A DNA stretch of 55,732 nucleotides, counting the filler, from Sluysia triapertura (Eukaryota), in the NCBI GenBank assembly GCA_046118255.1. It is 4 parts of 4 records of this genome, joined end to end, with 100 filler letters (N's around TTAATTAATTAA, not from the genome) between each part and the next. Parts side by side here need not be neighbours in the genome. Positions count along the whole stretch, not along the records: positions 23,602 to 43,129 come from JBJNIA010060981.1; 3 more parts are not named here. The stretch is one strand, 5' to 3'. The first letter of the stretch is position 1. Each line of letters begins with the position of its first letter. This document shows positions 25,710 to 38,300 of this stretch, one piece after another. Both the position numbers and the translations under genes were made by a program. The notes below the pieces were generated by a model. It made no database searches and was not told the origin of the DNA. It saw only the letters and a list, made by a program, of their open reading frames with translations.

Positions 25710-28362
25710 ATTTTTAATACTTTTATTTTTTTAAAATTATCAATTTAAAACTCAATTAATAAATAAATTCAGAATTTCAATATATTCTCGAATAAATCAC
25801 AATTGTACAATGAAATTTTTTTATAATAATAACAATACAAATTATTCTTTCATAATAAATCGTCTTTGTATATAAACTTCAAAATTATAAATCTTTTGAT
25901 ATTAAAAAATCACAACCACGGGTGACACAACTTATCTAAGGTAAATGTTGACGCCCATATTAATACAAAATATAATCAATAACAAACACGTCACTAACTC
26001 TTGTTCCTATATTCCCAAAATGTTTATTTTAGCTGATTGCTAAAGAAAAGGATTCAATTTCACCATTATCCACAGATGAACTAAAGCAACGTCTCTACAG
26101 CTAGAAACTTTTTGTTTCCTTTTGTTGGGATTTATGTTAAAATGTCACAAAAATATTTTTAATAATAATAACAGAAATTCCCGTAAAATATTTATCACAA
26201 TAAATCCTTTTCTAATATTATAGATGAAATGATGAAATCAAAAAACAACCAACAATTTAATATATTTTAAACAATCTACAAAATAATCATTATGTGAAAT
26301 ATTACCAAAACAAATTAAATCTATAATAACCATAAATATCAATTTGTATATCTTAATCTTAATCTAGTTATAAGACAAAAATAAAATCTCTGAAAATGTC
26401 AATTTAAATCGCATAATACAAAGTTACTTCAAACGGGGATTCAACCAAAAAGGTATCACTTATCTAGATTAAAATCAACAGGAATCCCCTAAAATAACAA
26501 AATTGTTTAAAAAATCCCATAAATATGCTTTAACATATGCTTTAATATATTTTAACTAAATATAGAATTATTTAAAATAAAATGTGAAATGTTATGACAC
26601 AATTAATATTTATTTAAAATAAAAATTTATTTTAAGTAGATCAATAATAAAATTTAAAATACTATGGCAAAAGATTCTTGAATAAAATTAATATTTATTT
26701 TAAATAAAAAAATTTTAAAAAACATTACCAAAAACATAGATCTTTTTCGTGGCCTCTTGTGAATATGCCCTTTCTCCTTTTTTGTGAGTAAAATGCCTAA
26801 GTATTCTAAGTTATACCTTTTTTGTCAGCGAATGATTTCTACATTCGCAATTAGGAATTACTCTTACATTAAAATAACAATTATTAATATTATTGACATA
26901 CTTAAAAGTGATGAACTTAACTTTAGATTTTACAATTTAATTAATTTTCAATTCATCATCACACTCAGTTTTTTTAATGAAAAATTTTTAAGGTTCTCGT
27001 TCCCAAACAAACCATTTTACAAACATTCAACCTCATTTTCGGATTCTCCTATTTCATAGCAATCACTTTATATTCAATTCATTATCTTTTCATCATTCGA
27101 AATATGAAAATTTCAGCATTTTTTAATTAAAAATTAATTAAGATTCGACTTTGCTCAATATAGAAGTTTTCCTCGCATAAACTCATTGAAACCTTATCTT
27201 CATCGGAAGGTCTTTTTAAAATACATGCATACACAATTACAGATTTAACATAGCATTCCTCATTCAAAAGTTATTCACATCAACGTAATTTTTCTTAATT
27301 AAGTTAATATTTTAATTAATTATTTATTTATTTTAACTTATTTTATTCTAAGTTTAAAGCTTGTATTATAGTTATAAAGTTGTTAAATGCTATATAAAGA
27401 ACTCAAGAGACTCTAGATTCTTTCACTTCACCACTCTGATTCCTTTTTCTACTTTTTTATTTCAATTATTAATGTATTAAATTTATCATTAATATTATTA
27501 ACCATGATTTTAATTCTTGAACATTTGAAAGGCACCAAACATTTCACAAAGTCACTCGAAGGTTTCAAAAGTTTATTAAAGTCTCAAACGCCCTCAAAGA
27601 TTCCAAAAAATCAAAAGTCTCAAATGATCCTAAGATTCAGAAATTCAAAGGTATCTTCATACTTCAAGACATCTTTCCAACCCTTACTTAAGTCTTCACA
27701 AGTGTCTCTATACCCTACAAAGGTCTTTGGAACTTCAAGGTATTCTTTGGTTTCAAAATGATTATAAATATTTTACTGTTCATTACTTTTGCTCTGGAAA
27801 TATTTAATTATGTTTATATTATAATGTTTCATATACTTTATATCACATTTTCTTATGTATATTTTAAATTCTCTTACCATTTAATCTATTTTCTATACAT
27901 TAACTAGTCAATCCCAACACTTTTATTGGTATAAAGCTCTGACTCTGTTTCTAAACTTTCGAAAAAATGCGACTGCTTATATAGCAGCTTTATGATGATT
28001 TAAGAAATGGAAAAATTAAAAATTGATCCAGACGGAAATTAAAACCCTCTATTCTTTATTAGTCGGTGATAAGCCGACAAATTTTAGTGATTAAATATCG
28101 ACAGCAATTTCCGTCTATGTCCAATTTCATCATCTCTTTAATTATCTAAAGATAATTGATTTGTAGTATACAATCGCCTTATCTTTTCAATTTCATTAAA
28201 TTAAAATTTAATATCGTTATTATAAACTATTGCATTAATAAAGCAATTTGTTAAATTTAATTTAATTAACTCTAATTAATTTATTTTCTATAGGGATTTT
28301 TGTATAATATGTTGTGCGTCAACTGTATGTCGCACGTCAAGTTCAATAACGTATTTGAATTA
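25710..28362 (+). repeat. second copy of the ~800-bp repeat, split by the 26123-27919 insertion
   Basis: The left half 25710-26122 and right half 27920-28362 align in order to 49280-50075. Confidence 0.85.
26123..27919. mobile_element. 1.8-kb non-autonomous element with 10-bp TIRs and 4-bp TSD (Ginger-like or LTR-like termini)
   Basis: TGTTGGGATT (26123) and AATCCCAACA (27919) form a perfect inverted pair, with CTTT on both flanks. It interrupts a repeat whose uninterrupted copy is at ~49280-50075. Confidence 0.85.
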
Positions 28363-28667
28363 GTATCTTTATAAACGTTTATTAATTATAATTACAAACA
28401 TTTGATTTAGTTGGCTACCTAATTATTTTAGCTGTCATTTTCGGAGAGCATTTTTAATTATTTCGTTAAGTACTGTCATTGGTTGACAGTTTACATTATT
28501 GTGCTGTTGCCTTTACCACTATTTTTGCTTTGTAGTATTATCATATATTCAAGCTACCAAATCATATTAGGATTTCATTTAATTTATCGGCCAACTATTA
28601 AAAATTAAATTACAATTACGAATTGACTAATTCACAGTTGACTATTTACGTAATATTTATTATTAAT

Positions 28668-29400
28668 ATGCACAACGTGATTAACAAACTTCTATACTCC
28701 AAATGTCTTACAAGAAATACAAAGATCAACATAGTTTTTACGATAATAATGATAATGACAATTATGATTAAAAATATTATTATAACGATGATGATAATCA
28801 TCAATTTCATTCGTATTCAGGATATAGTACACTAGATAATTTATCAAACAATAGAAGATTTAGAAATATTAAATGTAGTTTTACAGAATTACACTCGACT
28901 ATTCGAATTTTGAAAGTTAATGAACCACTACCTTCAATTATCTTACAAAATGATGTCAAAAATATAGATGAGTTAAGCGAAACAAATGAACTCGTTTAAT
29001 GAAACAAGAGTCACAATGTTCGTTAAACCGGCACATTTCGTTACCAACAATTAACTCTGATATTTGTAAAACAAAGATTTTTTCAGTTGTCTATAGTCTC
29101 AATAAAAATCACGATTTCGTTCTAAACACATCATAAGCTAATCATTCAATTTTTAATGCAACGCGATCATCTAATAATTCAATCAGACCAATTAGACCTT
29201 ATAATGTTACAAGTATTGATAACGCAAAGTCAAACATAAAACAAGACTATGACAGACCACGTTTCTTCGAATCAGCCTTATGTCCATATGGATTTTTAAT
29301 GGCAGGGTAATGCATTCATAATGGAACAGTCTGTCCATATGCGCATGGATTATACTAATTTGTCTCAATTTCTGAAGTGTATACAATTACTTTCCTTCAG
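28668..29400 (+). pseudogene. degenerate orphan ORF with CCCH zinc finger
   Basis: 29281-29346 encodes CPYGFLMAG*CIHNGTVCPYAH, with the same C-x9-C-x6-C-x3-H spacing as 8805-8870. The upstream sequence is coding-like but broken by stops and frameshifts. Confidence 0.55.
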
Positions 29401-30013
29401 TCACAGTTTAAAAAAATGAATTTGATCTAAAGTCTCAACATTACTGTTACAACAAAAACTTTTATAAAGTATAATTTTATTCTACAAACCGTTTACTATT
29501 TCTTGTTCAAAATAATTATGATTTTATTTAGAAAGATTAATTATTATTCCATCGTAGCATATTCGTGTCTGAATGAAAATCCTTGGCCATTAACTTTTCT
29601 CTTTAATAAAGAAATTCTTAATATTATAATTGTCATTAACATTAATAAACAATTTACATGTTATTGTTGTTTTATTTCGAATAAATCAATTATTTTAATA
29701 ATAATAATTAAAGTTTTAAAAATAAAATTATTCACAATACCTCATATAAATGGTATAAGGGTTTAATACTCCCAAAATAATAAATTCCTGTCATATATGC
29801 AATAAAATTTTAAAATTATGCTATGAAATATAATAATTTTGCTCATTATTTTGTAATTTTATAAATCGTTTATTTAAACCTGCTTAAATTTTATTTTCGC
29901 CTAGTTTTTGAATATTTTCCTTGGCAAAGTTGTTATTTATTCTCTTTTTAAACAAAGGTACAGTTGTTTTAATAAATAGATAACTATACAGCTGTTTTTG
30001 GTTCTTTATAGAA

Positions 30014-30813
30014 ATGGATAGGAAAAAATATGCAGAGGTTTCCAAAAAAGCCGAAAGTAAACCTACTACTAGGTTTGAAAACTTAATTAATTTAACAATT
30101 TCTTATTTTAGATCTAATAATAAAAGTAATTCAAATCGAGATAATACATTTCTTCAAGTAATATTTCGTAATATTGAATAATTGAAGTATATTAGTACAA
30201 AAAAGAACCACAAAATGAAAAAGTTATAACGCGTTCTCAAAGTAGCAGACAGGTAAATTTTGTTGACTTTAATGCATTAACTTTTTAGGCTAATCTAGAG
30301 ATTCAATTCTCTAAAGAAAATTACAATTCCAATAAAGAATTGCGCCCTGTAAAAGAAGTAGCAGAAAGGAAATTAAATCAGGCAATGCGACCTTATCATA
30401 AAAATTATGATCCAAATATCGAATTGCGCCAAGTTAGAGAAAGATTAGAAAAAAAGAAAGCAACTGATTGGGCAACGCAGACATCATTATTAGATGATGA
30501 ACAAAATGATTTAAATAAGTATTCAGAAAAAGTACTAAGAAAAAATGTACGTTTCGTATTGTGTATTAATGAAATTTAGGGTTCTAAAGTTTTGGAATCA
30601 GACGTTGAAGTTTTATGCAGGCGTCAGTACGATATTGATAAAGGTAAAGGAACTGCTTGTTATCAGAAATACATCTATACTGTATCAAAAAATAAACGCA
30701 AACATTACATGCCTAGAACTCCAAATAAATTTGTGAAAATGAGTCGCCGTTGTTGGGATGGATTAGTTCGAAAATGGCGAAAGCATATACATGCTTTTGA
30801 CTTGCCAAAGTAA
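30014..30813 (+). CDS. SLBP: histone mRNA stem-loop binding protein, 5 exons
   Basis: Exons 30014-30072, 30112-30157, 30196-30252, 30289-30546, 30580-30813 (introns 39, 38, 36, 33 nt) splice in frame. The C-terminus RRQYDIDKGKGTACYQKY...PRTPNKFVKMSRRCWDGLVRKWRKHIHAFD is the SLBP RNA-binding domain (RRQ, TPNK, SRRxWD..W...H). An upstream DWA motif is also present. Confidence 0.92.
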
Positions 30814-32375
30814 CTTCATATTAATAATTTCATTTTATAAAATAAATAATGATAATTTAGCAAAAAATTTCACGATAAAATTGTTAACAATAAAACGTAC
30901 TTATATTTAAGCAGTCTTGTGAATTTGATATCGATTATTGAGAAACCAATGATTTAAGGAATTATTTTTATAATATTTTTATGCATCTATTACAATAAAA
31001 ATATTGCAATACATACTCATCAATTTATAAAAGATGTAATATCGGTACTCTTAATTCGAACAACCTCAAGTGTAACATTAAATTTCATAATTATAAATTC
31101 TAAGAGTAACTATTAATAACTTAATTATATAGTGTCCATGGTTAACAAAATTTAATAATTATAAAGTAATACACGCCTTTATTACATGTATGAATTCTTA
31201 ATATATAATTAATTGTACATCTAAAACACATACAAACTCGATATAGACATTGCAAATTATATTTGTATAATGGGCAACTGGTGGCTCGCGAACTTTAATG
31301 TGCTTACAAATATTAACTGGAGTTTATTACATTATAAATTGACTAAACTTTACGAATGTTGGATAAAAAGCCTAATATTGATAAATCTAACATAATATGA
31401 ATACATTCACTAATCGTGTGACAACTATTCCTCCAAGTTAAAAATTCACCTGATGTATTTTATATTAAAAAACATTTGTAAATTCATAAATGTTATTAAA
31501 AGTGGGTTTGGAGATTGCCATCGTTCAGCCATGCATTAAAAAAATTTACTCGGTTGCCTGTTTCATCTACCGGGTTTTCATTGTAAATATGTGGCTTTTT
31601 TCAATGATGTGTCTTGGCTTATATCATTCCATTAGTAATTAGTTTATGCGATATTTTTGTAGTGTTTATAATCTATAAGTTTATATATAAATTTTTTATA
31701 AGTCGTTCGAAAATATTTTCACAGATTTTAAACATGAAAATTAATAATGAGGTGGACATTTATTTGGACAGAGTTGAGAAAGATTATACAATTTTTGGTA
31801 TGCTTAGTTTTCAGTTGTGTGACAAATTATTACTGATAATGCAAAGTTTTGGTGTCTTGAAATAAGTAATTGTGTTTCTGATTAATATATTGTTAGGCTA
31901 TAGTAATGTTAGTATATTTTATCTTTTTCATTCAATATGAGAAAGTAGGCATTGTATTATGCACTTAAATATTTGGATTCCAATGATTTTGATTCTTTAT
32001 TTATTGAGTTTTTATTTATAGTTTTTATTTATATAGCAAAATTTCCAAAATAAAACTGAAAAATATTTATCGTGAATTGGATTGATTATAAATTGTATTG
32101 AAATCATGTTACGAAAAATTATGATTACTAAAATTGTACTCTCAGCTGCTTAATAGTTATAATTAATTTCTTAACTGGAGTTCTTGTAAGTACGTACGAA
32201 AAAGAATATATTTCATGCACCTTTCTCATAATCGCATATGATATAATTAATATTATTTATATGCACATAACTATGTTGAAATACGTGTTTTTGTTTGACA
32301 AGAGTTAAAAAATATTTTAACTTGCTTTTATCTGCTATTTAATATAAATATTTTTAATACACAAATACTATTCAG

Positions 32376-35300
32376 TTTTGGAGAATTGTATGCGGCTGGA
32401 TATACAATCGATTGTTGTAAATCTGAAACAGCATCTGTTTCTTCTTTGAAATCGGCTCTTAGTGATATCGATGGAAGCGTCAGTGATCACAGTAAGCAAG
32501 ATCTCACAGATTTAGAACAAGAAATTGAGAACGAAAATGAAGATACAGTTCAAGATGTTATTTTAATTTTAATTAACCTGTAGGGCCCATGTAACTTTCA
32601 GGTGCCAAGCTTATATATCCACATTTTACAAAATAGTTTAAGTTTTTTTCAGAAGATGATGTGTACATCTTAATTATGTAATGCATTTGAAATAACAATA
32701 TTGATGACTGTTGGCAGCACCATCACCCGAAATGTTAATAAATAAATTTTATATTTAAAAAAAGTAAGGACCTAAATTAGTTTCGGAAGTAACTGTGTCA
32801 TCGTACATGGAGTGCTAAAATTATCGAGATCAAAATCATTACATTCAATAGGGCTCAAATTGATACTGGTGGTAGTTTCCATATTGTATCAAACTATTGT
32901 GCTAGCTTCTTGATTTATTGAACTTATTGTATTATTTACGTTTGTCATATAAAAACTGTTCTACTTACCTATTTTTGTTTTTTTTGAAACTTGATTTTTG
33001 GCACATACATTATGATAATTATTATTTCTAGTTCTCCGTATTACAAAAGTGCTGAATATTAAATGATTTTAAGGAACTAATTACGAGTTTTTTAAAAACC
33101 AAACTCTCAAAGAAATATTTCTAACTTCAACATGTTTTTTAAATTAAAGAAATAAAAATAAAACCAGATTGTAGCAATTAGTGAAAATGATCTTGTGAAT
33201 GCTTTTCTTAATGTCATTGTTATATCATTAACCATTTTAAATAATAATTCGGTGTTTCGGTCCACCGATTTTATTGATTATTGATAATTGTCTTTTAAAT
33301 CCACAGTGATTTAGTAACTAAACAATTTAATATGAATAAAAATCCATATATTCTAAATTTATTCGAAGAATAAATACTAGAAAAAACTAATGGAAATTGA
33401 AAATAGAATACTAGCTTCGAATACTTCAGTTAAATAAACATCAATATCTGGTTCTGCACGATTAATCATCGACTATTAATTTATGTCTGATGATTGAATT
33501 AATAGTAAAAAAAGCACTACATTTAGCGTCATAAAATTTAATAGGTGTACCTACATTATTTTACATACAATATTATAATCGACTCAGATATTTTGTCGAA
33601 ATTTTTAAAAGGCATGATCTTTAAATTTTTGACCACAAAGAAATATGTGGTCTCAGTACGTTTTTCATGAAATATTACTTTATTAATGTTGCGTTGCATT
33701 TTGAGTTCACTACAACTTTTAATGTTAGTTCCATGTCATGAAGTGGCTTTAAAATCTTTGGATTTTGTTATAAACTTTAAAATAGTCATAGGGCCCCAGA
33801 AATTACTAGATACATTAATTTGAGTCACAATTACTTGGTTAAGCAGGATATCCAACAACTATAAATAATAATATACATTGATAATTTTAATGAAAATAAA
33901 ATTGGTCGTCAAATTATCAAGATTATGCAAAATTGTGAATAAAATTTTGATAATCTGCAATATAACAAAAGACTCGATAATCGCCTCTAAATATTGCCCA
34001 GCAATAGCCATACCAGCTGCACAATTCAAATCTTGACATCATGAACCGGTTGAAGCATACACAAAATTCAATCATTTTTTAATTTCGACTTGGTAGGAGT
34101 AACTCTGAATTTAAATAATCACTTGTTCTTTGAATTATAAATCAAATTATTCTAAATTGGACTCATGATTTTTGATGAACTGGACGAAAATTAATCAATT
34201 TATTTTCAATTTCTTGTCTTTGCTTTTTTTACATACTTTATTGCACATCGAAATCTTTACGATGAAGTTGAGGAATGCCGTCTTATGTTTGGCTGTATGT
34301 ACAGAGGGACTCGATAAAAATAATCTTAAATTAATATCTATTTGATTTTGAATTTCTTTCAAATGCATTTCTGTTAATACGCAACGAGCATAAATTTAAG
34401 GTAACTAGATTGTAATTGCCCATATTTTACACTTCATCTAATTTCAATTTGAATATTATTAGCATCTGAGATGTTTTTTCAGTAAGTTTCTTCATTATGT
34501 TCTTGAAATTATCTTCACACATTTTTTAAACTAACTAACTTATATTTGCTGAACTTAAACTTTTAAAGATAAAATGTTTAAACGAGTTTTCTTTTTTAAA
34601 ATAATCATAACACAATGAAAAAGGAATCATAATGATAATAAGATAATTATAATAAAGTAATAAGAATATTACAATAAAATGATAATAATAGAAACATATT
34701 GGTAACGATACTGATAATAGCAATTATGAATTATAATTATATTTGGTGTTATGAAGATATGAAGATTACATAATATGAGAATATAAAAGCTATGAAAATG
34801 AAATAATGAATTATTAAATATGAATCATTAGTGCTACGCGTATGCTCGAAAGTGTACAATTATGTATGAAATGAATTCAGGCTTTGACTCATAAGGTCAG
34901 CATGATTATCCGTCAACAATTGCTCTGCAATATAATCATCATCTAGCCCATGCGTAAAATTTTCTTATAACGTTTCAATATCATTGAAAAATTCCCCATT
35001 GATTAGCTTGATAAAGCAATTTACAGCTTAGAAAAATCAACATTGGTATTAGTTCATTAAGCCTTAAATATAATTATATAAATATAAATAGTCATAAATC
35101 TGACTTGCCTAACATTTTTTGATTCTCATTCACAGAATAAAATAAACAATTCTTGAAATGTTGTCTAAAGTAATTTAAGTCGCATACTTTAGAGTCTTCG
35201 GATAGTATTTGGAGGTTTATCAAATAATCCATGGATGTTTTGGAAATTGTTTGATCAACAAAATAATTTTAAAATTCCAAGTTAATAATTTTATTATGAA

Positions 35301-38300
35301 CTAATAAATACAAGCAAGTAGAAGTAATGTAAAAACAACAAATATTACTTGAAATAATAATAATAACAAAAATGTATAATTTAAAATATCTTAATAATTT
35401 CATTAGTTTCAAAAGTTCTGAAGCCAAGAAATGCATTTAATTTAAGAAGTAAACAAAAACAGTATGTAAGAAACGTGGAGTGGAACTTGCCAACTTAATG
35501 AAGAAATAATCATGCATATTAATCAGAAGCACCACAGGAACGAAAAATCATGATTTAATAATAATAATAAACGAATGCAAATAGCATGTAATCACTAAAA
35601 GAATACGTTGTATTATGGGGTTTAAAATGAAAGGTTAATATAGAACGTGATTTTTTTATTTCTGGCACTTCATAAGATTCACAAAAAATGAAGATAAAAC
35701 TGACATCATTATTGATCATTTAAATAAAGCTAGTATTTTTCATTAGTGACGTACTCTTGACAGCTATGTAAAATAATTTCTAATAATATGATGGATAGAA
35801 TAACAAACCCAGCATTGATGTAAAACAGTAGAAGGCCCATGTTACAGAAAAATTTAGTTTCATGTTTGTAGAATTGAATTCGATTTAATATTTCGAATTT
35901 TAATATATATTCAAGTTTAATTTTAATGATGCTTTTTGATTACTTTTGTGTTTACATTTTTCAGTTCGATCATTGCGTATTTTAAAGTATTGGGTAGGTT
36001 AGGCAATTGCCTAAGGATAGTAAATTATTGGATGTGCTGTGTTTACATGAAGTGTTCAGGTTGAGTGTTTTGCTTTTTATGAAGGATATTTTTGAAGTGA
36101 GAATTTAACATTTATCTGTTATTGTTGATGGTTGTAAAGTCTGGAATATTTTATTGCTAATATTTGAATAGTGGTGTTTTGTATAAATTAGTATTAGTTT
36201 TATGAATATTTTGTTCTATTTTGGTTTTGTATGCTATTTTTAGTTTGGTCATGCCCTATGCAGCATTCTTATAGGTTTTAGTATTTTGAGTTATATCATT
36301 ATATTTCAGAGCTTTATTATGGTATTTGTTAATTTTTTGTAATGCAAAGAAGAATGTGTTATACAAAAGTTATTGAGGAATTTATTATTTGGTTTTAGAA
36401 TCATTATTGTGCTAAGGGATAGAGTTGGTGTTTATGTTACTATAATGTGTATCTTACTTTAGTTACAAGAGTTAATTTTTTTATATATAGCATTCTTTTG
36501 CTTGTTGCAATGAATGTTAGAATTTAGTACTTGTAAAACTCATTGTTTTATGTTTATTGCTAGTTTTTACCTTTGTCCTTTTGAATAATGTTATAAAAAG
36601 GAGACAATAAACAAATTATATTGGCCAAAGATGAAATTAGTCATATTAGCACAATACATGCATAAAAATCATTTATATTATGTTAACTATATAGAGAAAT
36701 GGCCATATAAAAGAAATTAAGTAAAAATTATTATAGAATGAAATGGAAGAATTAATTGGCCATAAAACTTTAAATCTATAATTTTCAGAATCGGTAAAAT
36801 TTTATGAATTCATAAAATTTTGGATTAGTGGTAAATTAACTGGTGAACACTGATTTTGACTATATCTAAATTTCTAAGTGAAATATCTAAATTTAAAATT
36901 AAATAAAACTAAATCTTTCAAGAAATTAAAATTACGTGAGATGCTTTACTTTTTGTTCTACTTTTTAACATAAACTAAACGTCAAGAAAGTCATCCATTA
37001 TAAGTTATTATATATCATTATGTGGAATTATTGTTTTCCATATACTATACAATGTACAATGCTATACTATAGTCTAATTTCAATACTACACCGTTAAAAT
37101 AAACTTCAACTTATTTTAACTACAAAAATTGCTCTTTTATTTATAACATTAAAGATTAACCTACACAATTACCCATTTTATTATTACATAAGATATAATA
37201 GAAGCAATAAATAAAATAGATTGAAATTTATTTATTTTTTAAATTCCATAAAATTATTAATGTTAAAATAAATTATAATACTTTTGTAATTCAGAATACA
37301 AAGTTGAAAAATAAACGCAAAAGAGCTGGTCATGAAATTTTGTACGACATTAATGATGAAGATACATTGGGAGAATCAACTATAATTCCACCTGGGTTAG
37401 CAAATTTAAATATAATATGATCAAGTATATTTTGTATTTCTAAAAATTACAGAAGTACATTTTCTGCTTTCGGTAACAGAAAAAATAAACTTTCATACTA
37501 CCTTTTTCTTTGTAATTTATTTTGACTATCTGTTTCATTTTGAATTTCATTATTATTCTCAATCATTGGCAATAAAGTGCTTCTTTGTCGATCTAACACC
37601 TTTAGTTGATACATAGATTGTATTTGCAAGACTTAATTGTTTCGTGATTGATTAATGTTTGTCTAAATCAAGAAAAATTTACCACCAATATTTAAGAATA
37701 AAATAATTCACTTATGAGTAATATTGTCTACCGATAGTGTTTTAGTTAGTCAATGTGCTTATTTTATTTTAATTCTGTAACGGACCTAATTTTTGAACAT
37801 TGTGTATCAAAAAGGATTACACTTTTTGTTTGCGTAATTGCAAATATAAGCTTTCAGTCAATCTAAAATCAACATTCTCTTTTGAATATATATTTCAAAT
37901 TTTATGAAATTAGAATTAAAATAATGAATAAAAATAAGCGAGGCTGAATTTATTTTTAACTAAAACCGAAATCAAACATATTGAAAAACCGACGTTATAA
38001 AAGATATATTAAAAGGAATAAATGTTAATAATAGAATTAAAAGGAATTACTTGATTGAGAAGTTGTACAAGTTGCTAACAGACTTTACTTTAACGACTAC
38101 ATGATTCGATAAACAGAAGTAGTAAAACGTAGATTGATCGGATAATGTTCTTTGTCCACGTTCGTGATAGGCTTCTATCACGACATCTGTTTTAAAAATT
38201 TGTTTATGGACGTATATATTGTTCATGAATCGAAACTTGTTATAGATCTCGTTAACCTTATGTATATCGAAATCAATCTTGCTAATTTGAATAACTTTTT

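Noticed and set aside
36000-36600. Penelope-like retroelement remnant (strong strand skew; similar skew at 6560-7240 and 47350-48130)
   Set aside because: Only vague motif echoes that need frameshifts. Not supportable by eye.
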